From contig DATJQI010000078.1 in assembly GCA_035505915.1 (NCBI GenBank), positions 3,158 to 67,157 on the forward strand: a stretch of DNA of 64,000 nt, read 5' to 3'. Below, piece after piece: positions 1-8,812 of this stretch; within the stretch, counting starts at the first letter, position 1, and each line of letters opens with the position of its first letter. A program made the position numbers and the translations under genes. The DNA is from Gemmatimonadales bacterium (GTDB taxonomy: Bacteria > Gemmatimonadota > Gemmatimonadetes > Gemmatimonadales > GWC2-71-9). A model generated the notes under the pieces. That model was not told where the DNA came from. It did no database searches and was given only the letters and a program-made list of their open reading frames with translations.

Positions 1-1
1 G

Positions 2-259
2 GTGACCGGCCGGTCGATCGCGGCGCTCGCGTACTGCGGTGTGGCGGCCACCGCGGTCGCCCTGCTGCTCCAGATGCGGGCCCAGCGCGACATGTCGTCG
101 GGACGGGCCGCCCTCCTGTTCTGCACCGAGCCCGTGTTCGCGAGTCTGGCCAGCTGGCTCTGGCTCGGGGAACGCCTGTCCTTCACACAATGGCTCGGCG
201 GGGCGATGATCGTGGTGGGGATGCTCATCGCGGAGCCGCGAGAGACGTCCGACCTCTGA
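2..259 (+). CDS. EamA/DMT-family transporter, C-terminal fragment (5' end lies outside the window)
   Basis: ORF open to the window edge. Hydrophobic helices and an EamA-like stretch FCTEPVFASLASWLWLGERLS...GGAMIVVGML. Confidence 0.55.
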   Translation: MTGRSIAALAYCGVAATAVALLLQMRAQRDMSSGRAALLFCTEPVFASLASWLWLGERLSFTQWLGGAMIVVGMLIAEPRETSDL

Positions 260-272
260 TCGCCGTGGCCCG

Positions 273-301
273 TTGAACTCCCCCGGGTCCCCAGGCATAT
301 T
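273..301 (+). promoter_or_regulatory. sigma70-like promoter for tRNA-Asn
   Basis: TTGAAC (273-278), 17-bp spacer, CATATT (296-301). The mature tRNA 5' end lies 12 nt downstream. Confidence 0.45.
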
Positions 302-312
302 TCGCCTCCCAT

Positions 313-385
313 TCCCGAGTAGCTCAGTCGGTAGAGCAGCCGGCTGTTAACCGGCGGGTCGGGGGTTCGAGTCCCTCCTCGGGAG
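313..385 (+). tRNA. tRNA-Asn (anticodon GTT), CCA not encoded
   Basis: Cloverleaf folded by hand. Acceptor TCCCGAG/CTCGGGA, D-arm GCTC-AGTCGGTA-GAGC, anticodon stem GCCGG/CCGGC with loop CTGTTAA, T-arm GGGGG-TTCGAGT-CCCTC, discriminator G. 73 nt. Confidence 0.9.
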
Positions 386-403
386 TTGTAGACGGTCTTG
401 CGA

Positions 404-441
404 CGGCCTCCGTGCCCCGAAATGGGCCCGGAGGCCGTTTG
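404..441 (+). terminator. Intrinsic terminator-like hairpin after tRNA-Asn
   Basis: 9-bp stem CGGCCTCCG (404-412) / CGGAGGCCG (429-437), followed by TTT. Confidence 0.5.
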
Positions 442-498
442 GTGCTGGACGGGGCTCTCCCCCCTCCCTAGGTTCGATTCAATGACGGCGACCACGCC

Positions 499-3459
499 AT
501 GACCGCGCGCGGGAAGCGCCCGAAATCCAAGGCCGCCAAGAAGGCCAAGACGGCCAGGACGGCCAGGACGGCCAAGACGCCCCGTAGCCGCGCGTCCGGG
601 GCACGCCCGCCGGCGCCGATTGCCGAAGGGGGCGCGGCGGTCTCCCTCCTCACCGCCACCCTCGAGTCGACCGCCGACGGCATTCTGGTGGTGAACCGCA
701 CCGGCGCGGTGTCCACGTACAACCGGCGCTTCCTCGAGATGTGGCGCATCCCGCCGGAAGTGGCGTCCTCCCGGAACGACGACCAGCTGATCGCGTTCGT
801 GCTGGATCAGATCGCCGATCCGAACGCCTTCCTCTCGAAGGTGATGGAGCTGTACGCGCGGCCCGAGGCGGAGAGCCAGGACGCCATCCGCTTCAAGGAT
901 GGCCGGGTCTTCGATCGCTTCTCCCGCCCGCAGCGCATCGGCGACCAGGTCGTGGGCCGGGTGTGGAGTTTCCGGGATGTCTCGGATGTGCGCCGGGCCG
1001 AGGAGGAGCTGCGGCGGAACGAAGAGCGGTTCCGCGCGCTGGTGGAGAACAGCTCGGATGTGATCCTGCTGCTGCGGCGGGACGGGACCATCCAGTACTC
1101 CACCGCCGCGGCCTTCCCCATCCTGGGCTACGCGCCCAACGAGAACCTGGACCGGTCCATCTTCGAGCTGATCCACCCGGTCGATCAGGAGGGCGTCCGG
1201 CGCAAGTTCGGCGAGCTGATCCAGCGCCCCGGACACACCATTCATCTCGAATGCCGGGCCCGCCGGAAAGACGGCGAGTACGGGTATCTCGAGGCGGTGG
1301 GGGTCAACCGGCTGGACGATCCCTCCGTCGAGGCGATCATCGTCACCACCCGCGACATCTCCGACCGGAAGCGGGCCGAGCGGGTGCAGCAGGCGACCTA
1401 CCGGATCGCCGAGGCGGCCTCGGTCGAGCGGTCGCTCGAGGACCTCCTGCGGGCCATTCACAGCATCGTCGGTGAGCTGATGCCCGCCGACAACTTTTAC
1501 GTCGCGCTCCTCGAGCCCGACGGGGAGCGGGTGAGCTTCCCCTACTTCGTCGACCGCTTCGACGAAGCGTTCGAGCCGCTCCCCCTCGGCCGCAACCTGA
1601 CCTCGTACGTGATCCGGACGGGGCAGTCCCTCCTCGCGACCCCTGAGGTGTTCGAGGACATGGTGCGGCGCGGGGACGTGGACGAGGTCGGCGCGCCGTC
1701 CATCGACTGGCTCGGCGTCCCCCTCACGCTCGAGCACCGGACCATCGGTGTCGTCACGGTGCAGACCTACTCGGAGGGGGTCCGCCTCTCGGAGTCCGAC
1801 AAGGACATCCTGACCTTCGTGTCGGCCCAGATCGCGCGGGCGGTGGAACGGCGCGGGGCGCAGGACGCGCTGCGGCAGGCGGAGGAGCGCTACCGCGCCT
1901 TCGTGACGCAGTCGACGGAGGCGATCTGGCGGGTGGAGCTCGACCACCCGATTCCGGTCGACCTCCCCGAGGAGGCCCAGGTGGACCGCCTCTACCGGGA
2001 CGCCTATCTGGCCGAATGCAACGACGCCATGGTGCACATGTACGGGTTCGACTCGGTGGGCCAGGCCATCGGCGCCCGGCTGGGCGACTTCATCATCCAG
2101 GAACACGCGTGGAATCGCGAGACCTGGGGCACGTTCGTCCGGAACGGGTACCGCCTGTCCGACGTGGAGTCCTTCGAGCGGGACCGCTCGGGAGCCCACA
2201 AGACGTTCCTCAATAACCGGGTCGGCATCGTCGACGGGCGCCACCTGCGCCGGATCTGGGGCACCCAGCGCGACGTCACCGCGCAGCGGCACCTGGAAGA
2301 CCAGCTGCGGCAGGCCCAGAAGATGGAAGCGGTCGGCCGCCTCGCCGGCGGGATCGCCCACGACTTCAACAACATTCTGACCGCCATCCTGGGCACCTGC
2401 TCCCTGATGCAGCGCGAGCTGTCGCCGGGCTCCCGGGCCCGGGAAGACGTGGACGAAATCCAGCGGGCCGCCACGCGCGCGGCGGGCCTGACCCGGCAAC
2501 TGCTGGCCTACTCGCGGCGCCAGGTGCTTCAACCCGAAGTGCTCGATCTCAACGTCGTGGTGGGCGAAATGGACCGGATGCTGCGGCGCCTGATCGGTGA
2601 GGACGTCGAGCTGGTGACGGTGCTCGGGAAAGACCTGGGCCGGGTGCTGGCGGACCCGGGACAGATCGAGCAGGTGGTGCTGAACCTGGCGGTGAACGCC
2701 CGGGACGCGATGCCCCGGGGTGGCCGGCTGACCATCGAGACAGCCGACGCCCCCGGCGACCCCGCCGGAACCCCGCAAGGCAGCTCCTCTCCCCGGGTGA
2801 TGCTCGCGATCTCCGATACGGGCGTCGGCATGGACGACCGCGTGCGGTCGCACCTCTTCGAGCCGTTCTTCACCACCAAGGAAGTCGGCAAGGGCACGGG
2901 GCTCGGCCTCGCCACGGTGTACGGCATCGTCCGCCAGAGCGGCGGCGCCATCACGGTGGACTCCGCGCCCGGTCGGGGCAGCACGTTCCGGGTCTACCTC
3001 CCCCGCGTGGAGGAAGCGAGCTTCCGACGCCCGTCCCAGGGGGCCCCGGAGGGCGGGGCCCGCGAAGGAGGGTCCCCTCAGCCCCCGGCGGCGCACATCC
3101 TGCTCGCCGAGGACGAGCCGCGGGTGCGGGCGTTGACCCAACGCGTGCTGGAGGCCCGGGGCTACCGCGTGCTCGCCGCCACCGACGGCGCGAAGGCGTT
3201 GGAGCTCGCGTCGGACCAGTCCGTGAAGGTGGACCTGCTCGTGACCGACGTCGTCATGCCGGGGATGAGCGGTCCGGATCTCGCGCGCCGCCTGCGCGAG
3301 TCCCGCCCCGGTCTCCCCGTGGTATACATGTCGGGGTACGCCGACCAGGGGCTGGCGCACGAGGCGGCCGCCACCGGAGGCGCGTTCCTCTCCAAACCGT
3401 TCGAGACCGAGGCGCTCGAGCGCCTGGTGCAGCAGGCGCTCGAACGCCGTCCGCACTGA
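499..3459 (+). CDS. Soluble multi-PAS/GAF hybrid sensor histidine kinase with C-terminal receiver
   Basis: 986 aa. PAS-like and GAF-like blocks, H-box [13 protein letters not shown], ATPase motifs DTGVGM and [15 protein letters not shown], receiver LLAEDEP...[14 protein letters not shown]...SKPF. No TM helix seen. Basic Lys/Ala/Arg N-terminal tail. Confidence 0.85.
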   Translation: MTARGKRPKSKAAKKAKTARTARTAKTPRSRASGARPPAPIAEGGAAVSLLTATLESTADGILVVNRTGAVSTYNRRFLEMWRIPPEVASSRNDDQLIAFVLDQIADPNAFLSKVMELYARPEAESQDAIRFKDGRVFDRFSRPQRIGDQVVGRVWSFRDVSDVRRAEEELRRNEERFRALVENSSDVILLLRRDGTIQYSTAAAFPILGYAPNENLDRSIFELIHPVDQEGVRRKFGELIQRPGHTIHLECRARRKDGEYGYLEAVGVNRLDDPSVEAIIVTTRDISDRKRAERVQQATYRIAEAASVERSLEDLLRAIHSIVGELMPADNFYVALLEPDGERVSFPYFVDRFDEAFEPLPLGRNLTSYVIRTGQSLLATPEVFEDMVRRGDVDEVGAPSIDWLGVPLTLEHRTIGVVTVQTYSEGVRLSESDKDILTFVSAQIARAVERRGAQDALRQAEERYRAFVTQSTEAIWRVELDHPIPVDLPEEAQVDRLYRDAYLAECNDAMVHMYGFDSVGQAIGARLGDFIIQEHAWNRETWGTFVRNGYRLSDVESFERDRSGAHKTFLNNRVGIVDGRHLRRIWGTQRDVTAQRHLEDQLRQAQKMEAVGRLAGGIAHDFNNILTAILGTCSLMQRELSPGSRAREDVDEIQRAATRAAGLTRQLLAYSRRQVLQPEVLDLNVVVGEMDRMLRRLIGEDVELVTVLGKDLGRVLADPGQIEQVVLNLAVNARDAMPRGGRLTIETADAPGDPAGTPQGSSSPRVMLAISDTGVGMDDRVRSHLFEPFFTTKEVGKGTGLGLATVYGIVRQSGGAITVDSAPGRGSTFRVYLPRVEEASFRRPSQGAPEGGAREGGSPQPPAAHILLAEDEPRVRALTQRVLEARGYRVLAATDGAKALELASDQSVKVDLLVTDVVMPGMSGPDLARRLRESRPGLPVVYMSGYADQGLAHEAAATGGAFLSKPFETEALERLVQQALERRPH
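544..579 (+). repeat. 4 x 9-bp in-frame tandem repeat (GCCAAGACG / GCCAGGACG)
   Basis: Read directly: gccaagacg gccaggacg gccaggacg gccaagacg. Encodes [12 protein letters not shown] in the kinase N-terminus. Confidence 0.9.
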
Positions 3460-3468
3460 GGGCCAGGC

Positions 3469-4026
3469 ATGAACGTGCTGATCGCCGAAGACGACGCCGT
3501 CACCCGGATGCTCCTGAAGCAGCTGCTGATGAGCGGGGGCTACGAAGTCACCGAGTCGGAGGACGGGGCGTCCGCGTGGAAGGTGCTCCAGTCGATCCGG
3601 GTTCCGGTGGTGATCTCGGACTGGCAGATGCCCGACCTGCAGGGCCCCGACCTCTGCCGGAAGATCCGTTCCCGGGGCGGCGACTACATCTACTTCATCA
3701 TGCTGACGTCGAACACCGGGCGGTCGTCCTACTTGGCCGCGATGGACGCCGGCGTGGACGACTTCCTCACCAAACCGCTGGACGCGATCGAGCTCCAATG
3801 CCGCCTCCGGGTGGCGGAGCGAATCCTCGGCCTCCGTCACGAAGTGCAGCGCCTGGAAGGACTGCTCCCGATCTGCAGCTATTGCAAGCGCATCCGGGAC
3901 GAGAACCAGAATTGGAGCTCACTCGAGGGGTACATCGAGAAGCGCTCGAAGGCGGAGTTCAGCCACGGCATCTGTCCCGATTGCTACAAGAAGCACATCG
4001 AGCCGGTGGTCGGCGGTCCATCCTGA
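3469..4026 (+). CDS. Response regulator (receiver domain) with C-terminal CxxC...CxxC module
   Basis: Receiver motifs VLIAEDD, VVISDWQMPDL, LTKP. C-terminal LPICSYCKRIRDENQNWSSLEGYIEKRSKAEFSHGICPDCYKKH. Starts 9 nt after the kinase stop. Confidence 0.85.
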   Translation: MNVLIAEDDAVTRMLLKQLLMSGGYEVTESEDGASAWKVLQSIRVPVVISDWQMPDLQGPDLCRKIRSRGGDYIYFIMLTSNTGRSSYLAAMDAGVDDFLTKPLDAIELQCRLRVAERILGLRHEVQRLEGLLPICSYCKRIRDENQNWSSLEGYIEKRSKAEFSHGICPDCYKKHIEPVVGGPS

Positions 4027-4030
4027 CTCC

Positions 4031-4190
4031 GAAGAAATCACGAAGAAACAAGCAAATATCTGACGAAATCGGCGATTGATCGCTCACTTTTTGTGTTAAA
4101 TTATTATTACTCAACATGTTATATATGCGCAAGTCCTAATTTAAGCTAGTAAGATGTTTATTAGTAATGATTTGACTGAAAAATCTCACG
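4031..4190. other. AT-rich intergenic island (about 32% GC by hand count) in a high-GC context
   Basis: Hand count gives 51 G+C in 160 nt. No credible ORF on either strand. Contains many -10/-35-like hexamers (TTGACT 4172-4177, TATATA, TAAATT) and short direct repeats (CGAAGAAA x2). Confidence 0.8.
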
Positions 4191-4201
4191 TTCCCATCCC
4201 C

Positions 4202-4220
4202 CGCCGCCGGTAGATTCCCC
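4202..4220 (+). promoter_or_regulatory. Promoter-like element GCCGCCGGTAGATTCCCCC; the holB ATG lies 6 nt after TAGATT (possible leaderless start)
   Basis: Identical 19-mer recurs at 23020-23038. Related TAGACTCTCCC at 63443, TAGGTTCACCC (minus) at 60943-60933, TACCTTCCCGC at 39785. Confidence 0.4.
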
Positions 4221-4222
4221 CT

Positions 4223-5275
4223 ATGCAGATGCCCCCCATCGCTGGGCACGAAGCCCTTCGTGCGCGGTTTCTGGAGGCGATCACCGCCGCCAAGCTCCCC
4301 CAGACGCTCCTGTTTGAGGGCCCCAGGGGAGTTGGGAAGCAGCGCCTGGCACTCTGGCTTGGGCAGGCCCTGCTCTGTGAAGGGTCCCCCGCCCCGGCCC
4401 CGTGCGGGCGGTGCGAAGGGTGCCGGATGGTCGGGGCCCTCTCGCATCCCGACCTGCATTGGTTCGTGCCGGTGGAGCTGTCGAAGAAGGGGGCCGACGC
4501 CGACAAGCAGATCGAGCTGGTGGAGGAGGCCCTCGGTGAGGTGATGGCCGCCCGTCGCGAAGATCCGTTCTATGAGGCTCCGGCGGGGCTGGCGGCGCAC
4601 GGTATGGCGTCGGCCCGGTTGCTCCTGCGACAGCTCTCGCTGAGGCCGGCGCGCGGGTCCCGGGCGGTCTTCATCCTGGGTGACGCCGAGCGCCTGGCGG
4701 CGCAGAAGGGGCAGGAGGGGGCCGCCAACGCGGTTCTCAAGGCGCTCGAGGAGCCGCCGCCGACTGCGGTCATCATTCTCACGACCAGTGAGCCGGACGC
4801 GCTCTTGCCCACGATTCTGTCCCGCACGGTACGGGTCCGTGTGGGAAGGGTGCCGGATAGTGTCGTGACATCATTCGTACAGCAACATCTGGCGTCCAGA
4901 GTCGGGGGTACAGCCGAAATCACCCGCAAGGTCCAGGCGGCCGACGGCGCGATCGGGGCGATCATCGCCGACAGCGGAGCCGGCAGCTCCGGCGCCGCGG
5001 CGGCGGATCGGCTCCTGCAGGCGGCGCGGCGCGGCCCGGCGGCCCGTTACGGAGCCGCACTGGCGCAACCGCCGTACCAGGCGCGGGGGGCGTTCACGGC
5101 GATGCTCGACGCCCTGCTCGAACGGCTCCGGGATGAGGCGCGCGACGGCGGGGACACCCGCGCGGTGATGGCGGCGATGACGCGGGTCCTGGAGGCGCGG
5201 GAGCTCGCGCAGGGGAACGTGAATCCCCAGCTGCTGACCGCCGTCTTGTCAGAAGATCTGGCGGGCCGGCCGTGA
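4223..5275 (+). CDS. holB: DNA polymerase III subunit delta-prime
   Basis: [25 protein letters not shown], Zn-module-like [34 protein letters not shown]. Confidence 0.85.
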   Translation: MQMPPIAGHEALRARFLEAITAAKLPQTLLFEGPRGVGKQRLALWLGQALLCEGSPAPAPCGRCEGCRMVGALSHPDLHWFVPVELSKKGADADKQIELVEEALGEVMAARREDPFYEAPAGLAAHGMASARLLLRQLSLRPARGSRAVFILGDAERLAAQKGQEGAANAVLKALEEPPPTAVIILTTSEPDALLPTILSRTVRVRVGRVPDSVVTSFVQQHLASRVGGTAEITRKVQAADGAIGAIIADSGAGSSGAAAADRLLQAARRGPAARYGAALAQPPYQARGAFTAMLDALLERLRDEARDGGDTRAVMAAMTRVLEARELAQGNVNPQLLTAVLSEDLAGRP

Positions 5276-5760
5276 AGCTCTCGCATCTGGATCAGGACGG
5301 GCGGGCCCGGATGGTGGACGTGGGCGACAAGCCGGCCACGGTGCGCGCCGCCGTGGCTGAAGGCGCCATCCGGATGTCGGAGGAGGCGTTCCGGCTGGTG
5401 GCGGAGCAGGCGGTGGCGAAGGGGGACGTGCTGGCGGTGGCGCAGGTGGCGGGGACGATGGCGGCGAAGCGGACCGCCGAGCTCATCCCGCTCTGCCATC
5501 CCCTCTCGCTCGACCATATCGCCGTGGAGACGGCGCTGGACGAAGGGCTGCCGGGGGTGCGGGTCCGCGCGTCGGCGCGGTTCCTGGGACGGACCGGCGT
5601 GGAAATGGAAGTCCTGACCGCGGTGAGCGTCGCGCTGCTGACGGTCTACGACATGGTGAAAGCGGCGGACCGCGGGATGGAGATCGGACCGGTCCGGCTG
5701 GTGGAAAAGACGGGCGGGACGCGGGGAGACTGGCGCCGCAACGCGCCGGCCGGTCATTGA
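5272..5760 (+). CDS. moaC: Cyclic pyranopterin monophosphate synthase MoaC
   Basis: GTGA overlap with hol[11 protein letters not shown]...[10 protein letters not shown]...[23 protein letters not shown]. Confidence 0.9.
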   Translation: MKLSHLDQDGRARMVDVGDKPATVRAAVAEGAIRMSEEAFRLVAEQAVAKGDVLAVAQVAGTMAAKRTAELIPLCHPLSLDHIAVETALDEGLPGVRVRASARFLGRTGVEMEVLTAVSVALLTVYDMVKAADRGMEIGPVRLVEKTGGTRGDWRRNAPAGH

Positions 5761-5820
5761 CCGGCGTTTGACTCGGCGAGTGGAGATTCTCCCCGAGACG
5801 GAACATCACAAGAGGGGACT

Positions 5821-6462
5821 ATGCGCACCAAGACCCAGCGATTGATGCTGCGGGGCCTGCTGATCGTGGTGGTGGCGTTGGTCGTGAGCGCCGTCGGCGG
5901 ATGGGTCCGCCGGGCCACGGCCGACGACGCGCCGCCTCCGCCCGCGACGGTGCCCGCCGCGGACGTCCGGGGCCTCGAGCAGGCGTTGGATCAGGTCCAG
6001 GGCGAGCTCGCGGTGGCCCGGCTCCAGCTGGACCGGGCCTCCGCGATCATCGGGTATTCCGGTAAGTACGGGATCCCCGCGGACCTGGCGAGCACCGTGT
6101 ATGACCTGGCGGGCTCGGAAGGCGTGGACCCCGGCCTGGCGTTTCGCCTGGTCCGGGTGGAATCGGGCTTCGACACGCGGGCGCGGAGCCGCGCCGGCGC
6201 CATCGGGCTCACCCAGGTGCTCCCCAGCACGGCCCGGCTCTATGAGCCCGGTCTGTCGGTGGAGCAGCTCTACGAACCGGCCACCAACCTGCGTCTCGGT
6301 TTCCGGTACCTGCACGACCTGATGGTCCGGTACGGCACGCTCAACCACGCCCTGGTCGCCTACAACCGCGGACCCGGCAAGCTGCAGGAGCTGCTCGACG
6401 CCGGGATCGATCCCAAGACCGCGTACTCGCGGAGAGTGGCGGCGGGGTACAAGCGGAAATAG
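5821..6462 (+). CDS. Membrane-anchored SLT-domain lytic transglycosylase
   Basis: N-terminal TM helix. SLT catalytic region LVRVESGFDTRARSRAGAIGLTQVLPSTA. RBS AGAGGGGA upstream. Confidence 0.8.
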   Translation: MRTKTQRLMLRGLLIVVVALVVSAVGGWVRRATADDAPPPPATVPAADVRGLEQALDQVQGELAVARLQLDRASAIIGYSGKYGIPADLASTVYDLAGSEGVDPGLAFRLVRVESGFDTRARSRAGAIGLTQVLPSTARLYEPGLSVEQLYEPATNLRLGFRYLHDLMVRYGTLNHALVAYNRGPGKLQELLDAGIDPKTAYSRRVAAGYKRK

Positions 6463-6463
6463 A

Positions 6464-6486
6464 GGGATCGGGGATCGGGGATCGGG
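6464..6486 (+). repeat. G-quadruplex-type motif GGG-ATC-GGGG-ATC-GGGG-ATC-GGG (7-bp tandem repeat)
   Basis: Read directly. Begins 2 nt after the stop codon of the 5821-6462 gene. Confidence 0.85.
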
Positions 6487-6500
6487 ACCCGAAGACGACA

Positions 6501-6529
6501 AAGGGGGCTCCACGCGGAGTCCCCTTTTT
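6501..6529. terminator. Bidirectional intrinsic terminator between convergent transglycosylase genes
   Basis: Stem AAGGGGGCTCC / GGAGTCCCCTT with loop ACGC. T5 on the plus strand, TTTG on the minus strand. Confidence 0.7.
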
Positions 6530-6540
6530 CAACGACTGCG

Positions 6541-6563
6541 CCCTGGCCCCTGACCCCTGACCC
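6541..6563 (-). repeat. Mirror G-quadruplex-type motif on the minus strand (GGG-TCA-GGGG-TCA-GGGG-CCA-GGG)
   Basis: Plus strand reads CCC TGG CCCC TGA CCCC TGA CCC. Lies 4 nt beyond the stop of the minus-strand gene ending at 6567. Confidence 0.85.
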
Positions 6564-6566
6564 GAC

Positions 6567-8123
6567 CTACCGGAATTGCTTCGGCGGAATCCGGATCACG
6601 TCGCCGGGGTGGATCACCGAGCGTACTCCGAGATCGTTGTAATCGAGCAGCGCGGCGATGGTCACGCCGTAATGCCGCGCGATCTGGCTGACCGTCTCGC
6701 CCGGCGCCACCCGGTGGGAGCCGCGGGCCACCGGCGCGCGGGACCGGTGCTCCGGCGGCACGCTCCAGGCCGTGGCGGGCACGATGCGGCCGCTCATGGG
6801 AATGATGAGCCGCTGGCCGATGCGCAGCGCCGATGCCTTCAAGTGGGGATTCGCGGCGGTGATCATCGCCACGGTCACATGATAGCGCTGGGCGATCGAC
6901 CCCAGCGTCTGCCCCCGGGCGACGTAATGATCCACGAAGGTGACGCGCTCGTTGGCCGGCAGTGAGTCGTACCGCGCCGCCGCCACCTGACCGCGGCCCC
7001 GCGGGACCCGCACCGTGACCTCGCGGCCCGGCGGCGTGATCCCCCGGACGTACTGCGGATTCAGCTCGAGGATCGCGGCCACCGTCGTGTCCGACAGGCG
7101 GGCGATGACGTCGAGGCCGGTGGCGTCCGGCACGGTGATCTCGTCGAACACCAGCGGTGACATCGGCTCGATGCCGGTGAACCCGTACCGCGCGGGCTGC
7201 TTCGCGATGAGGGACGCGGCGATCAGCTTGGGCACGTAGTCGCGGGTCTCCCGGCGGAGGTACCGGCGGCTCGCGATTTCGAAAAACGTCTGGTCGGTGA
7301 GCGAGTCGATTTCGCCCGGCAGGCGCGCGACCGAGCGCTCGATCTTCCCGGCGCCGGCGTCGTACGCGGCGGCGGCCAGGTACACGCTGCCCAGGCGCTG
7401 CATCAGGTCGGACAGATAGCTGGCCGCCGCGTCGGTCGCCTTGTACGGGTCGCGCCGCTCGTCCACCCAGGGGTCGACCGTCAGCCCGTACGTCCGCGCC
7501 GTGCCCGCCATGAACTGCCACATGCCCACCGCGCGGGTCCGGGATACGGCGGTATTGGACAGCCCGCTCTCGATCACCGTCAGGTAGACCAGATCCTCGG
7601 GCAGGCCCTTGGCCCGCAGCCGCTCGCGGATCATGCCCTCGTAGCGGCCCAGCCGCTGCAGCCAGATTTCAAAGCGGTCGTGGGCGTCGGTCTGAAAAAA
7701 GTCGAGGTACTGAAGCACCCGGGTGTTTCCCGAGAAGCTCGAAACGTCGATGTCGAAGGTGGCGTCGCCGCCTTTGGGGCCCGCGCTGGGAACGGTCGGC
7801 TTGTCGGGACCGAAGAGCCGCTCCGCTTCGTGGCGGACGTCCTCACCCCGCACGGCCCCGGACGCGCCGGGGAGGGCCCGGGCCGAGTCGGGAAGGCCCT
7901 GCTCGAGGGTGTCGAGTACCCGCTGGTCCGCCGCCTCGTCGCGGGCGGCGGCGGCCTGGACGGCGGCGACGGAATCGGCGCCGGCGAGAGGTCGAGCGTC
8001 ATCGGGGGCGGCGGCGACCGGTGCGGGGAGACCGGCAACCGGCGCGGCCTGGCCCCCGCAGCCCCAGAAGAGCGCGGTGACCGCCGTGACCGTCCAGAAT
8101 GCCCTCGTTCGCCCCACGCTCAT
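6567..8123 (-). CDS. MltD-like lytic murein transglycosylase with LysM repeats
   Basis: Signal peptide. SLT domain ESGLSNTAVSRTRAVGMWQFMAGTARTYGL. Three LysM-like repeats (e.g. YVARGQTLGSIAQRYHVTVAMITAANP and HRVAPGETVSQIARHYGVTIAALLDYN). Confidence 0.85.
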   Translation of the reverse strand: MSVGRTRAFWTVTAVTALFWGCGGQAAPVAGLPAPVAAAPDDARPLAGADSVAAVQAAAARDEAADQRVLDTLEQGLPDSARALPGASGAVRGEDVRHEAERLFGPDKPTVPSAGPKGGDATFDIDVSSFSGNTRVLQYLDFFQTDAHDRFEIWLQRLGRYEGMIRERLRAKGLPEDLVYLTVIESGLSNTAVSRTRAVGMWQFMAGTARTYGLTVDPWVDERRDPYKATDAAASYLSDLMQRLGSVYLAAAAYDAGAGKIERSVARLPGEIDSLTDQTFFEIASRRYLRRETRDYVPKLIAASLIAKQPARYGFTGIEPMSPLVFDEITVPDATGLDVIARLSDTTVAAILELNPQYVRGITPPGREVTVRVPRGRGQVAAARYDSLPANERVTFVDHYVARGQTLGSIAQRYHVTVAMITAANPHLKASALRIGQRLIIPMSGRIVPATAWSVPPEHRSRAPVARGSHRVAPGETVSQIARHYGVTIAALLDYNDLGVRSVIHPGDVIRIPPKQFR

Positions 8124-8563
8124 CTCGTCGAAAAGTGGTTGCCCAGAATTCGGTTCGTCGCGTTCAGTACTGCAAGCGCCGCGCCACGGGGTGGGTCGGT
8201 TTCGGTGAGATACGTCCCCACCAACCGTGTCGCCTTGGACGCCTGCCGGGACGACAACGACACGATCACCACCGTCGCATCGAAAGCACGCACCGCCTTG
8301 ACGCCCAGCAGCTCGAAGTCGATTTCCGCCTCGACCGCCTCACCCAGCGCCTGCACCGCCGCCTCGGCGGAGCACCGCAATTCGCCGGCCGGGGAGGTCA
8401 CGCCGTCCGCCTGACCGGTGAAGCTGTCCGTCCCGATCCGTCCCAGCACCACCTTGGCCCGGCAGCGCCCGTTGGGAAGCCGCTGGAACGTGAAGTCCAG
8501 AAACCGCAGCCGCTCGGCCGTCGCGGAGGGCGCCCCCCCCGAGGGAGGCAGGTCGGCGCTCAC
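8120..8563 (-). CDS. Hypothetical protein (147 aa), translationally coupled to the mltD-like gene
   Basis: ATGA overlap with the downstream gene. GTG start directly abuts the upstream stop. Non-biased composition. No family recognised by eye. Confidence 0.55.
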   Translation of the reverse strand: MSADLPPSGGAPSATAERLRFLDFTFQRLPNGRCRAKVVLGRIGTDSFTGQADGVTSPAGELRCSAEAAVQALGEAVEAEIDFELLGVKAVRAFDATVVIVSLSSRQASKATRLVGTYLTETDPPRGAALAVLNATNRILGNHFSTR

Positions 8564-8812
8564 CTAGTCGAACCGCACTTCGATCTGCTGCCGCGCGGTC
8601 GCCGGCGGCGGCGCCTCCACCACGTCGACCTCGAGGTGCGGCCGGTTCTGCTCGTCCTTCTCCGCCGATACCACCAGGATCAACCCCGATTCCAGCTCGA
8701 CCTTGAGCTGCCGCAGGTCCGACCGCGCCGTCACGTCACGCACCGTCTCCCCCCGCAGGCGGGCCACCGCGGCCGCGATCCGCCGCAGGTCCTGCAGGTC
8801 CACCGCGTTCAC
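8564..8812 (-). CDS. Hypothetical protein (82 aa)
   Basis: I place the start at the GTG that forms a GTGA overlap with the upstream 81-aa ORF (VNAVDLQDLRR...). The longer ATG start in the track overlaps that ORF by about 100 nt. Confidence 0.5.
   Translation of the reverse strand: MNAVDLQDLRRIAAAVARLRGETVRDVTARSDLRQLKVELESGLILVVSAEKDEQNRPHLEVDVVEAPPPATARQQIEVRFD

Noticed and set aside
4031-4190. AT-rich island as a replication origin, or as an IS or prophage remnant.
   Set aside because: I saw no cluster of DnaA-box-like 9-mers and no dnaA/dnaN nearby. I also saw no terminal inverted repeats, no integrase or transposase, and no flanking tRNA or direct-repeat att sites. It is kept as an unexplained anomaly only.
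3576-4600. ORFs 3576-4079 (+) and 4136-4600 (-) that run into the AT-rich island.
   Set aside because: They overlap the response-regulator gene out of frame and run antisense to holB, respectively. Their composition is biased, and only their tails enter the island.
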